Part shown: one piece after another, positions 23,510 through 32,000 of the stretch | Numbering within the stretch: the stretch's first letter is position 1 | Layout of the letters: each line of letters starts with the position of its first letter | NCBI RefSeq assembly: GCF_018398935.1 | Contig: NZ_CP074694.1 | Coordinates: forward strand, 4,440,001-4,472,000 | Direction of reading: 5' to 3' | From: Telmatocola sphagniphila | GTDB lineage: Bacteria > Planctomycetota > Planctomycetia > Gemmatales > Gemmataceae | DNA length: 32,000 nt | Position numbers and translations under genes: made by a program | The notes under the pieces: generated by a model | What the model was told of the DNA's origin: nothing | Databases searched by the model: none | Seen by the model: only the letters and a program-made list of their open reading frames with translations

Positions 23510-24880
23510 ATGCTTCGACTTAATGCTCCACGTCCCGCCTCGCTATGCGGTGCCGTGCGCCGACGGGATTTCCTTCACGCAGGCACGCTGGCGACACTGG
23601 GATTGTCGCTACCGGCTTACCTTCGCGCCCAGCAGGCACAAGGCACTCCGGACAAAGACGTCAATTGCATCATGCTGTTTCTGCTCGGCGGTCCCAGTCA
23701 ACTCGATACCTGGGATCTGAAGCCGAACGCACCGGCCGAAGTGCGTGGCCCCTTCAAACCGATTAAGACCAACGCTCCGGGTATCGAAATCAGCGAAATC
23801 TTTCCCAAGATGGCGAAGCACGGCGACAAATTCTCTCTGATTCGCTCCGTCTTCCACACGGCGACCGCGGTTCACGATACCGGTCATCAGATGATGCAAA
23901 CAGGAAGACTCTTTACCGGCGGCGTCGAACATCCTCACATGGGGTGCACGCTGGGCTATCTGCGCGGCGGGCGAGGCGAACTGCCCGCCCACGTGATTCT
24001 GCCGCGCTTGATGGGCCGAACCGGCGGCAATTTACCGCATGGTCAAAACGCCGGCTATCTGGGGAAAAGCTACGATCCTTTCGTCCTGAATGCCGATCCT
24101 TCCGTTGCGAACTTTAAAGTTCCCGATCTACTACCCCCCGATTACATTTCGGATATCCGGGCCGAACGACGCCAGAAATTGCGCGACGCCATCGATGGAG
24201 AGATGCAAAGGTTCGAAAATGTCGCGGCCGCCAAACAACTGGATGATTCGTTTCATCAAGCCTACAAGCTGATGAGTTCTCCCCGGGCTCGCGAAGCATT
24301 CGCTATCGAGAAAGAACCGGCCGCGGTTCGCGACCGTTACGGCCGTACCCGCTTCGGACAGTGCTGCCTTATGGCGCGCCGACTGATCGAGGCCGGTGTC
24401 CGCTTCGTGACGGTTAACATGTTCGAAACGGTCTTCGATGAAATCACCTGGGATATTCACGGCTCGAAGCCCTTTACGGATATTCAGGAAATGTCGAAAC
24501 TCGTAGCGCCCAACTTCGACCAGGCCTATAGTGCCTTGCTGGAGGATTTGAAAGAGCGCGGCTTACTGGAAAAAACTATGGTCACGGCCTGTGGCGAGTT
24601 CGGCCGTACGCCGAAAATCAACCCGGCTGGGGGTCGCGACCATCACCCCGGCGTCTGGACGGTGATCATCGGCGGCGGCCCAATCCAAGGCGGTCAGGTG
24701 ATCGGCGAATCCGACGAATTCGGCTATGCTCCGAAAACTCGTCCGGTGACTACGGGTGAGTTCGCTGCCACGATCTTCAAGGGACTGGGGCTCGATCCGC
24801 ACAAAGAATTACCGGGCCCGCAAGGAAGACCGATTCCGCTGGCCGACTTTAACCTTAAGCCGATTGAGGAATTGTTCTAA
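23510..24880 (+). CDS. DUF1501 domain protein (Tat signal)
   Basis: Twin-arginine motif VRRRDFLHAGTLATLG. Signatures: LFLLGGPSQLDTWDLKPNAP and CGEFGRTPKINPAGGRDHHPG. Confidence 0.85.
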   Translation: MLRLNAPRPASLCGAVRRRDFLHAGTLATLGLSLPAYLRAQQAQGTPDKDVNCIMLFLLGGPSQLDTWDLKPNAPAEVRGPFKPIKTNAPGIEISEIFPKMAKHGDKFSLIRSVFHTATAVHDTGHQMMQTGRLFTGGVEHPHMGCTLGYLRGGRGELPAHVILPRLMGRTGGNLPHGQNAGYLGKSYDPFVLNADPSVANFKVPDLLPPDYISDIRAERRQKLRDAIDGEMQRFENVAAAKQLDDSFHQAYKLMSSPRAREAFAIEKEPAAVRDRYGRTRFGQCCLMARRLIEAGVRFVTVNMFETVFDEITWDIHGSKPFTDIQEMSKLVAPNFDQAYSALLEDLKERGLLEKTMVTACGEFGRTPKINPAGGRDHHPGVWTVIIGGGPIQGGQVIGESDEFGYAPKTRPVTTGEFAATIFKGLGLDPHKELPGPQGRPIPLADFNLKPIEELF

Positions 24881-24989
24881 CTGGGCACTGCTGCTAACCG
24901 GAATTCGCCGCCAATATCTCCGCCGAGAAGTCGGATATCACACTCGACGAAGCTCTCCAGGGATTTTCACACCGGAGTCGTTTTCGATC

Positions 24990-27464
24990 ATGCGTCAACT
25001 TCTGACAGTACTATTTTTCGGTTTATCCGCCGTGCAGGTGTTGGCGGCCGATCTGCGGATTCTGCCTTCCGAGGTGACTCTCACCGGACCGGGCGCCTCG
25101 CAAAAACTTTTGATCGTTGAAGAGGAAAAAGGACGCGTGATAGCTGAGAAGACGGCGGGCGTAACTCTCGTTTCTTCGAATACTAAAGTGGCGGTTATTG
25201 ATAAGGGAACCCTTCAAGCGGTCGGCAACGGCAATGTGATTGTGACGGCAAAGACTTCCGATGGAAAGACCGCGACGGCCAAAGTTCTAGTCCTGAAAGC
25301 CGAGCAGAATGCGCCTCCATCGTTTCGCAACGACATAATCCCGATTCTGACGCGAGCAGGATGCAATTCCGGTTCCTGTCACGGAGCGCTCGCCGGTAAG
25401 GGCGGCCTCAAACTTTCCCTGCGCGGCTATGATCCTGAATCCGATCACTTCGTTCTCACTCGACAGGCCCTGGCCCGAAGAGTTGACCGCAGCCAGCCGG
25501 AAAAAAGTCTCGTGCTCCTCAAAGGGGCACGCCTGATGCCGCACGGGGGTGGGCAACGATTGTTCGCCGATGAGGCCGATTATAATACGCTCCTCACCTG
25601 GATACAGTCGGGCGCGCTCCTCAATCCGGTCGATGCCAAGCTGGATCGCATCGAAGTACTCCCCCGGGCCGCCCTGCTCTCCCCGCAAGCCAAATCTTCC
25701 CTAATCGTCCGGGCGTTTTATTCCGATGGGCAGATCAAGGATGTGACGCGCTGGTGTCACTATGGAAGCAGCGACGATAATGTTGCGAAAGTAACCGAAG
25801 AGGCTCTCGTCTCCGGAGCCGGTTATGGAGAGGCCTCCATTACGGTGGGTTTCGGCTCCCGAGTCACCACCATGGTGATAACCTCTCCTTTCCCTAACTC
25901 CGTGAATCCGAAAGTTTTCGCGGACTCTCCTCGCAGCAATTTCATCGATGAACTCGTACTGCAGAAGTTGCAGTCGCTAAACCTGCCTCCTTCGCCGAAC
26001 TGTAAGGACGCCGAATTTATCCGCCGAGCCTTTCTCGACGCGACGGGAATTCTTCCACAACCACAAGAGGTCGAAAAATTCATTTCAGACAAATCGGTCG
26101 ATAAACGGGCGAAGCTGATCGCCGAGCTACTGGAGCGACCGGAGTTAATCGATTACTGGTCTTATAAATGGTCCGATCTGTTTCTGGTCTCGACCCGGAA
26201 GTTGCCGCAGCCAGCCATGTGGAGTTTTTATCGTTCACTGCGTCAGGCCGTTGCGGATAACAAACCGTGGGATCAATTGGCCCGCGATATCCTGCTCGCC
26301 AACGGCAGTACGATGCAAAATGGCGGCGGGAACTTTTTCGTTCTGCATAAAGACACTTCGGATGTCGCGGAAACGGTCGCGGTCAGCTTTCTCGGCATGT
26401 CGGTAACCTGCGCACGCTGTCACAATCACCCGCTCGAAAAATGGACGCAGGATCAATACTGGTCATTCGCCAATCTGTTTTCGCGCGTCGGTTTGAAAAA
26501 TGGGGAACGAGACGGAGATGTGGTGGTCTTTGAGCGACCGACCGGAGATGTGCTGCATCCCCGCCGGGGCGTGCCGATGCCAGCCGCACCGCTCGATGGC
26601 CTACCTCTTGCCGCCGAGGAGGGACGCGATCGCCGAATCTATTTTGCGGACTGGCTGACTTCGCCGGATAATCCGTACTTTGCCAAGGCCCTGGTGAATC
26701 GGGTCTGGCGGAACTTCATGGGCCGCGGACTGGTCGAGGCGGAAGATGATCTGCGCGAAACCAATCCGGCCAGTAATCGCGAGCTACTCGACGCACTCGC
26801 CCGCGATTTTATAACCCATAAATTCGATGTGAAGGTTCTGATTCGCACCATCATGAATTCGGCGGCCTATCAGCGTTCCTCGCAGAAACTGGAAGAGAAT
26901 GCTCAGGACGATCGCTACTATTCCCGTTACCTCGTGCGTCGTCTTCCCGGTGAAGTGATTTTGGATGCCCTGTCGCAGGTGACTGGTTCACCGACGCCCT
27001 TCAAGGAAATTTACACAGGCGTCGAAGGGGGGGTCGCCGCGACCTCGAACTATCCGCCGGGCACACGCGCTCTGCAGCTTCCCGACTCCCGAGTCGCTTC
27101 CCGGTTTCTGGATGCGTTCGGCCGGCCGGATCGCCTGGCCACCTGCTCCTGCGAACGGCAGCAGGATCCCACCGTCGGACAGGCTCTGATGATGAATAAT
27201 GGCCAGACCCTCAACGACAAGCTCCGTGCCCCGGATTCGCGTGTCAGCGCCTGGTTGAAAGAGAAGGTGACGGACGAACAGGCGATCAGCCGCATCTTTA
27301 TGCTGGCCCTCAGTCGGCCACCCAGCGCCAAAGAACGCGAGCGTTTCCAGGCGATTTTCGCTAACAAAACATCGAGTGAGCCGAATGCTCCCGGCCGCCG
27401 GGAAGCGCTTGAAGACCTTTTCTGGGCCGTGCTGACCTCCCGGGAATTCCTGTTCAATCACTGA
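24990..27464 (+). CDS. Big_2 (Ig-like) + Cx4CH motif + DUF1549 + DUF1553 + PSD1-type planctomycete protein
   Basis: The track ORF starts at 24756, inside the previous gene. ATG 24990 gives the signal peptide MRQLLTVLFFGLSAVQVLAA. Big_2-like: LRILPSEVTLTGPGASQKLLI...VTLVSSNTKVAVIDKGTLQAVGNGNVIVTAK. Other motifs: GCNSGSCHG (nt 25362..25382), FIRRAFLDATGILPQPQEVEKF and CARCHNHPLEKWTQDQYW. C terminus: LFWAVLTSREFLFNH. Confidence 0.85.
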   Translation: MRQLLTVLFFGLSAVQVLAADLRILPSEVTLTGPGASQKLLIVEEEKGRVIAEKTAGVTLVSSNTKVAVIDKGTLQAVGNGNVIVTAKTSDGKTATAKVLVLKAEQNAPPSFRNDIIPILTRAGCNSGSCHGALAGKGGLKLSLRGYDPESDHFVLTRQALARRVDRSQPEKSLVLLKGARLMPHGGGQRLFADEADYNTLLTWIQSGALLNPVDAKLDRIEVLPRAALLSPQAKSSLIVRAFYSDGQIKDVTRWCHYGSSDDNVAKVTEEALVSGAGYGEASITVGFGSRVTTMVITSPFPNSVNPKVFADSPRSNFIDELVLQKLQSLNLPPSPNCKDAEFIRRAFLDATGILPQPQEVEKFISDKSVDKRAKLIAELLERPELIDYWSYKWSDLFLVSTRKLPQPAMWSFYRSLRQAVADNKPWDQLARDILLANGSTMQNGGGNFFVLHKDTSDVAETVAVSFLGMSVTCARCHNHPLEKWTQDQYWSFANLFSRVGLKNGERDGDVVVFERPTGDVLHPRRGVPMPAAPLDGLPLAAEEGRDRRIYFADWLTSPDNPYFAKALVNRVWRNFMGRGLVEAEDDLRETNPASNRELLDALARDFITHKFDVKVLIRTIMNSAAYQRSSQKLEENAQDDRYYSRYLVRRLPGEVILDALSQVTGSPTPFKEIYTGVEGGVAATSNYPPGTRALQLPDSRVASRFLDAFGRPDRLATCSCERQQDPTVGQALMMNNGQTLNDKLRAPDSRVSAWLKEKVTDEQAISRIFMLALSRPPSAKERERFQAIFANKTSSEPNAPGRREALEDLFWAVLTSREFLFNH

Positions 27465-27506
27465 TTGCCGCGTCCTGAAGACGCTCAGCTGCATCAAAAA
27501 TCGATT

Positions 27507-30500
27507 ATGAAAAAGACTCTCCTCCTATTTTTTACTTTCCTGAGCGCAGGGATTTCCCAGGGGGCTCCTCTGCCTCCAGTCACGGCGTTGGCTTATCATC
27601 CCAGCTTTCCCGTGCTGGCGGCGGGATTGTACGGAGAAGTGTTGCTGATCGATCCGGCGAAAGCGGACGTCATTAGCCGACTCTCGGGACAAACGGAACG
27701 CGTCACTGCGCTGGCCTTCAGTAGTCAGGGCGACCGGTTGGCAGTCGCCAGCGGCCGGCCCGGAAAATCGGGTGAAATCCGACTCTATCGTGTGACGGCG
27801 CAAACCTTCTCTTCGCCGCTACTCGAAGCGACGATCACTCCCCACACGGATGTGATCTATGCTCTGACCTTCAGCCCCGACGGCAAAAAACTGGCTTCCG
27901 CCGGCTACGATCGCGTTATTCGAGTCGTCGATCCCGCCAAGCCTCAAGTCGTTATTCAAGAACTCAAAGATCACAGCGATGCCGTCTATGGCTTAGACTT
28001 CCATCCCGAGGGAAAACTGCTGGCGTCGGCGGGTGCCGATCGAGCCGTCAAGGTTTGGGATATCGCGACCGGCAAGAGACTCTATACGCTTTCCGAGCCG
28101 ACCGATGCGGTCCATTCGGTAGTCTGGAGTCCTGATAAGCTCCATCTGGCGGCCGCGGGAATAGACAAAAGCATTCGAATCTGGCAGGCGGACGCCAACG
28201 GCGGACGACTGGTCCACTCGGTTTTCGCGCATACGGAACCGGTCACCCGGATCCTCTATTCCCAAAACGGACAAGTGCTTTATTCGATCGGCGAAGGGGG
28301 GAGTTGCAAGAGCTGGAACGCCGCGGCCATGAAGGAAAAGCTGGTTTTCCCGGCACAGAAAGAAACTATTCTGGCGCTGGCTCTCAGTCCGGATCAAAAG
28401 CAGTTGGCGCTGGGACTGTTCGATGGAGCTTTGAAACTTCTCGCTTCGGACAACGGCAAAATAGTGGCCGAACCGCTGCCGATTAAACCGAAGCCTGCCA
28501 TCCTCCGGAAGATGACTCCGGCACAGGGTGTCCGCGGTTCGCAAGTCCGGGTCGTTTTCACCGGAGAACACTTAAATGAGGTGACGGAGATCGCGGCCAG
28601 TCCCGGAATCCAGGCTGAGATTCTCCCGGAAGGACGCGGACCCACGCAGTTGATCGCCCGTTTAACAATCGATTCCCAGTTCAAGCCGGGTAAGACGAAT
28701 CTCCTGGCCAAATCGCCGGCGGGAAACTCCGCGGCCCTGCCCTTTTTCGTGGATCGCTATCCCGTGGCTTCTGGAATGATGGCCAACGAATCGTCTCGCA
28801 CCGGTTCGAGAGTGACTCTCCCGGCCACTCTGATCGGTACTCTATCCAAGCCGGGTAAAGCCGATTATTTTCATTTCGAAGCGAAGGCCGGTCAGGAAAT
28901 CGCGATTCAAGTTTTCACCGGAGAGATCGGCTCCAAACTCGATCCGTTCCTTGAACTGACCGACGCTCAGGGAAAAGTCCTAGTCGACAGTGCCAACGGC
29001 CTGCTCGGCTATGTGGCCCAAGATAGCGGTTACCTGGCGATCAGTATTCGCGACAAGGAATTTCGGGGCGGCGGCGATTATTCGTATCGGCTCAGTATCG
29101 GTTCGTTCCCCCTTATCACCGGAGCGTCTCCTCTGAGTTTCCAGCGGGGAACTTCCGGGTTGGTGCGGATTCATGGGGTGAATCTCGGCAATCAGCGAAG
29201 CCTGCCGGTCACCATTCCCGCTGATGCGAAGCCGGGGAGCAGAATTCCGATTGCACTGCCGGGCTTGCCAGAAGCGGTGGTCGGGGAAGCGGCTGTGCGA
29301 GCGGGGGAATTTCCGGAAGTCAGGGTGGCTCAAAAAGAGGCGCACATCCAAGTTCCGGGAACTGCAACGGGGACCCTGGCTGAACCTCAGCAGGTGCATG
29401 CGATTTACTTTAAGGCCAAAAAAGGGCAACGGCTATTACTCGAAGTCGAAGCGCGCCGACTCGGTTCGCCATTGGACTCCGTCATCGAGATCGTCGATTC
29501 TCAGAATCAGCTGGTGATGCGGGCCACTCTGCGCAGCACGGCACGTATCTTTTCGACGTTTCGGGATAGCGATTCTGTCAACCCCGGAATTCGCCTCGAA
29601 TCGTGGCACGAACTGGGCATGGATGATTACCTGTTCGTCGATGGCGAACTGATGCGCGTCAAGGAGCTTCCTAAAGGTCCCGATGATGATTGTCAGTTCT
29701 ACGAGGTTGCTGGCCGTCGGCAGGGATTTTTGGAGACCACCCCCACTCAGCATTACAACGGCTCGCCGATGTACAAGGTGGAAATTCACCCGGCTGGAAG
29801 CAGTTTCCCCGCCAATGGCCTGCCACTCATTCAATTGCCTTATCGAAATGACGACGGCGGAGCCAGTTACGGCAAAGATTCGCTACTGACTTTCGATCCA
29901 CCCCAGGATGGAACTTATCGAGTTCGTCTCAAAGACGTGCGTGGCGCCGGCGGCGAGTTATTCAGCTACCGGTTGACAGTGCGGCCACCCCACCCCGATT
30001 TCGCAGTTGCGTTCAACTCAGCTAATCCGGTCGTCTGGAAAGGGGGATCAGTACCGATCAACGTTACCGCGACGCGAATCGATGGCTTCAACGGTCCCAT
30101 CCACTTCGCGCTCGAAAATCTTCCCGAAGGATTGGAAGCGCCGCCCAGTTCGATCGACCGCGAGCAATTGACGATGACCTTCCCGCTTTTTGCAAAATTG
30201 TCGGCGAAGTTACCCGAGACTCCCGCGCTCAAGCCGCTGAAGCTCGTAGCCCGGGCCACCATCGATGGGCGGGAGGTTGTACGGGAATTCGTCGGAGGCC
30301 CGCCAAAGCTGGCCGATGCCGGTGATATTGTTGCTACGACCAGCGTCAGCGAAGTCTCTCTCAAACCGGGACAAGAAACCCGGCTCGTAGTGAAAGTCGA
30401 ACGACGTAACGGCTACGCGGGACGGATTCCGATCGAGGTTCGCGGCCTGCCGCACGGAGTCCGCGTGGAAAACATCGGGCTCAATGGCATCCTGATCACT

Positions 30501-30644
30501 CCGGGGACTTCGGAGCGCGAGATCGTTTTGTTTGCGGAATCGTGGGTTCCCGAGCTGGAACATCCTTTGATAGTCCTCGCCCGCAACGAGTCGAAGGGTA
30601 CGGATTATGGAGCCAAGCCGGTTATCCTGAAGGTCCGCAAATAA
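27507..30644 (+). CDS. Large secreted WD40 repeat protein with C-terminal pre-peptidase-C-terminal (PPC)-like and Ig-like beta-sandwich domains
   Basis: ATG 27507 gives the signal peptide MKKTLLLFFTFLSAGISQGAP; the track start 27465 is a TTG. The N-terminal third holds WD repeats (FSPDGKKLASAGYDRVIRVVD, LASAGADRAVKVWDI, LAAAGIDKSIRIWQ). PPC-like modules follow (GKADYFHFEAKAGQEIAIQV...DPFLELTDAQGKVL...YSYRLSIG and AIYFKAKKGQRLLLEVEA...DGTYRVRLKDVRGAGGELFSYRLTV). Confidence 0.8.
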   Translation: MKKTLLLFFTFLSAGISQGAPLPPVTALAYHPSFPVLAAGLYGEVLLIDPAKADVISRLSGQTERVTALAFSSQGDRLAVASGRPGKSGEIRLYRVTAQTFSSPLLEATITPHTDVIYALTFSPDGKKLASAGYDRVIRVVDPAKPQVVIQELKDHSDAVYGLDFHPEGKLLASAGADRAVKVWDIATGKRLYTLSEPTDAVHSVVWSPDKLHLAAAGIDKSIRIWQADANGGRLVHSVFAHTEPVTRILYSQNGQVLYSIGEGGSCKSWNAAAMKEKLVFPAQKETILALALSPDQKQLALGLFDGALKLLASDNGKIVAEPLPIKPKPAILRKMTPAQGVRGSQVRVVFTGEHLNEVTEIAASPGIQAEILPEGRGPTQLIARLTIDSQFKPGKTNLLAKSPAGNSAALPFFVDRYPVASGMMANESSRTGSRVTLPATLIGTLSKPGKADYFHFEAKAGQEIAIQVFTGEIGSKLDPFLELTDAQGKVLVDSANGLLGYVAQDSGYLAISIRDKEFRGGGDYSYRLSIGSFPLITGASPLSFQRGTSGLVRIHGVNLGNQRSLPVTIPADAKPGSRIPIALPGLPEAVVGEAAVRAGEFPEVRVAQKEAHIQVPGTATGTLAEPQQVHAIYFKAKKGQRLLLEVEARRLGSPLDSVIEIVDSQNQLVMRATLRSTARIFSTFRDSDSVNPGIRLESWHELGMDDYLFVDGELMRVKELPKGPDDDCQFYEVAGRRQGFLETTPTQHYNGSPMYKVEIHPAGSSFPANGLPLIQLPYRNDDGGASYGKDSLLTFDPPQDGTYRVRLKDVRGAGGELFSYRLTVRPPHPDFAVAFNSANPVVWKGGSVPINVTATRIDGFNGPIHFALENLPEGLEAPPSSIDREQLTMTFPLFAKLSAKLPETPALKPLKLVARATIDGREVVREFVGGPPKLADAGDIVATTSVSEVSLKPGQETRLVVKVERRNGYAGRIPIEVRGLPHGVRVENIGLNGILITPGTSEREIVLFAESWVPELEHPLIVLARNESKGTDYGAKPVILKVRK

Positions 30645-30873
30645 GCGACGATTCGTTAATCGAGCGGTCCCTCCTGAGGAGACACTGGGAAAAATGTAAA
30701 GCCGCTATCGTTTTGCCGGACGGGTAACCCTGCCAGCAAGTATCGCAGCTTCGGATGCGAGCGCGATAAATCTCATGAATCCGTTGGTCGACCCAATACA
30801 GGCGGGAGCGTCATTACTTTCCGTTCTGGGCCACTCGATATTTGTTCTCCGCTCAGTTCATCGCGGGAATTCA

Positions 30874-31377
30874 CTAAAGTTTTCGAAACATAATTAGAGC
30901 ATCGACAAAGCCTTTTTCGGGATGAGCGAATGCGCCAGGCAAGGTGCCAACGACTTCGAACCCGAGACTTGTCCATAGCCGGACTGCCCGGTCATTGGTG
31001 CTTATCACAAAATTGAATTGCATCGCCAGAAAGCCGCGGGATCGCGCGAACTCGAGTGAATGCAAACACATCTTGCGGGCCACTCCTTGTCCGCGCGCTT
31101 TCAGACAGGTCGCATAGCCGCAATTTGCGACATGAGAGCCGCCCCCCAGTTGGTTTGCTCTAAGAAAATAGGTCCCGAGAATTTTACCGTCTTCCTCAAC
31201 GACAAAAGTATCGTGATCCGATTTGGTCCAATAGGCGATTGCACTCTCTTGAGTCATCTCCGGAGGAAGTGCATAAAATTCACCGGCTCGTAGGATCGGT
31301 TTTAGGATCTCCCAGATTTGACTGAAGTCGTTTTGGCAGGCTGGCCTGAGGATCAAGCTGGGATTGTTCCGTTGCAT
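30874..31377 (-). CDS. GNAT family N-acetyltransferase
   Basis: ATG 31377 is preferred over the TTG at 31434. Acetyl-CoA binding motif A context: GYATCLKARGQGVARKMCLHSLEFARSRGF. The size (167 aa) and overall pattern are typical of GNAT proteins. Confidence 0.8.
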   Translation of the reverse strand: MQRNNPSLILRPACQNDFSQIWEILKPILRAGEFYALPPEMTQESAIAYWTKSDHDTFVVEEDGKILGTYFLRANQLGGGSHVANCGYATCLKARGQGVARKMCLHSLEFARSRGFLAMQFNFVISTNDRAVRLWTSLGFEVVGTLPGAFAHPEKGFVDALIMFRKL

Positions 31378-31472
31378 AGCTCTGAAATCCGATTGCAATA
31401 TTCTTTCCGGGTAGTTTAGTTGGTCCGCCTGCAAATTACATCCAAGGCTCGCACGAAACGGCCCGCGACAAA

Positions 31473-31787
31473 ATGTTGTACGACTGTCGAGAATGCCCCG
31501 AAAAGGTCGCTATCCCAGAGGCCTTCCCGGGTGCTCGAAAGCAATTTAAGGTCGAATCCGAGTTACATAGTGGAGTTTTTCAACCAGACATTTCTGTTAC
31601 TCCTACAGCAAGCAACGATGCTAAATCTCCTGCCCCGACCGACATGATAAACTGGACATCGCCATTCATTTCAGGTATAGAAAAAGAAATTCAAGCTTTC
31701 AGTCGGTACCCTCATTGTGGCCATTCGCAGACCGAAATCCTGCGGCCAAGTGAATCCAGTGATAATCCTAAAGGATCAGATCCATGA
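31473..31787 (+). CDS. Hypothetical small protein (weak call)
   Basis: 104-aa ORF whose stop overlaps the next gene's ATG in ATGA (31784..31787). It has CxxC near the N terminus (CRECPEK) and HCGH near the C terminus. I recognise no family, and composition is AT-richer than the surroundings. Confidence 0.25.
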   Translation: MLYDCRECPEKVAIPEAFPGARKQFKVESELHSGVFQPDISVTPTASNDAKSPAPTDMINWTSPFISGIEKEIQAFSRYPHCGHSQTEILRPSESSDNPKGSDP

Positions 31788-32000
31788 GCAACCCATCGGA
31801 CCCTCATCATGTGTCGAGGCGGGAATTCAACAGCTTGACTGCCGGTACCTCGGCGGCGATGCTGTTTGGCACGGCAGCGGCCCGAGCGGAGCTGGAAGCG
31901 AAAGGCACTGCTGCTTTTTCGGAAGGCAAGAACGGTTTGAACATCCTGTTCCTCTTCACGGATCAGGAACGTTTTTTCCCCAAATGGCCCCGGGGCATGT
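31784..32000 (+). CDS. Sulfatase-like hydrolase with Tat-type signal; partial, runs off the right edge
   Basis: Not in the track because it has no stop. Hand translation: MSNPSDPHHVSRREFNSLTAGTSAAMLFGTAAARAELEAKGTAAFSEGKNGLNILFLFTDQERFFPKWPRGM. It shows a twin-arginine signal followed by the NILFLFTDQ strand typical of the sulfatase/alkaline-phosphatase superfamily N terminus. Confidence 0.55.
   Translation, partial: MSNPSDPHHVSRREFNSLTAGTSAAMLFGTAAARAELEAKGTAAFSEGKNGLNILFLFTDQERFFPKWPRGM

Noticed and set aside
1-32000. Search by eye for CRISPR arrays, rRNA genes, retron-like or long tandem repeats, and integrase/recombinase genes
   Set aside because: None was seen. No regularly spaced direct repeats appear, and no ORF has tyrosine- or serine-recombinase motifs. 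Short or degenerate elements may have been missed without computational scanning.

Overview
The window looks like a chromosomal segment from a Planctomycetota-type genome. The call rests on three DUF1501 (Tat-signal, sulfatase-like) genes, two PSCyt/DUF1549/DUF1553/PSD1 genes and several WD40/beta-propeller proteins, all hallmark expanded families of that phylum. It has three parts. (1) 1-8.1 kb is housekeeping or periplasmic: a partial WD40 protein on the minus strand (missing from the ORF track), a secreted tricorn-like S41 protease, a parvulin/SurA-like PPIase, a coiled-coil protein and tRNA-Pro(CGG). (2) About 8.1-15.5 kb, directly downstream of the tRNA, is an accessory island. It holds a 946-aa fusion of an archaeo-eukaryotic primase (AEP), an SF2 DExH helicase and a DUF559/Vsr-like nuclease. 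It also holds a SEC-C motif protein, a P4H-like 2OG-Fe(II) dioxygenase preceded by a second, out-of-frame SEC-C mini-ORF, a 16-bp perfect palindrome, an apparently intact single-ORF IS66-family element with about 24-bp inverted repeats, and an IS3 transposase remnant. The co-directional AEP-helicase-nuclease / SEC-C / dioxygenase cluster is my best candidate for an undescribed conflict (defence) or mobile-element replication system. (3) 15.6-32 kb carries an orphan DUF1501 gene, an esterase, an SRPBCC pseudogene remnant and a DHFR-family gene. These are followed by two tandem, order-permuted triads of PSCyt-DUF1549/1553 + DUF1501 + WD40, then a GNAT acetyltransferase and a partial Tat-signal sulfatase. 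I saw no CRISPR array, rRNA or integrase. All calls come from reading and hand-translating the sequence and from motif recognition by memory; no searches were run.
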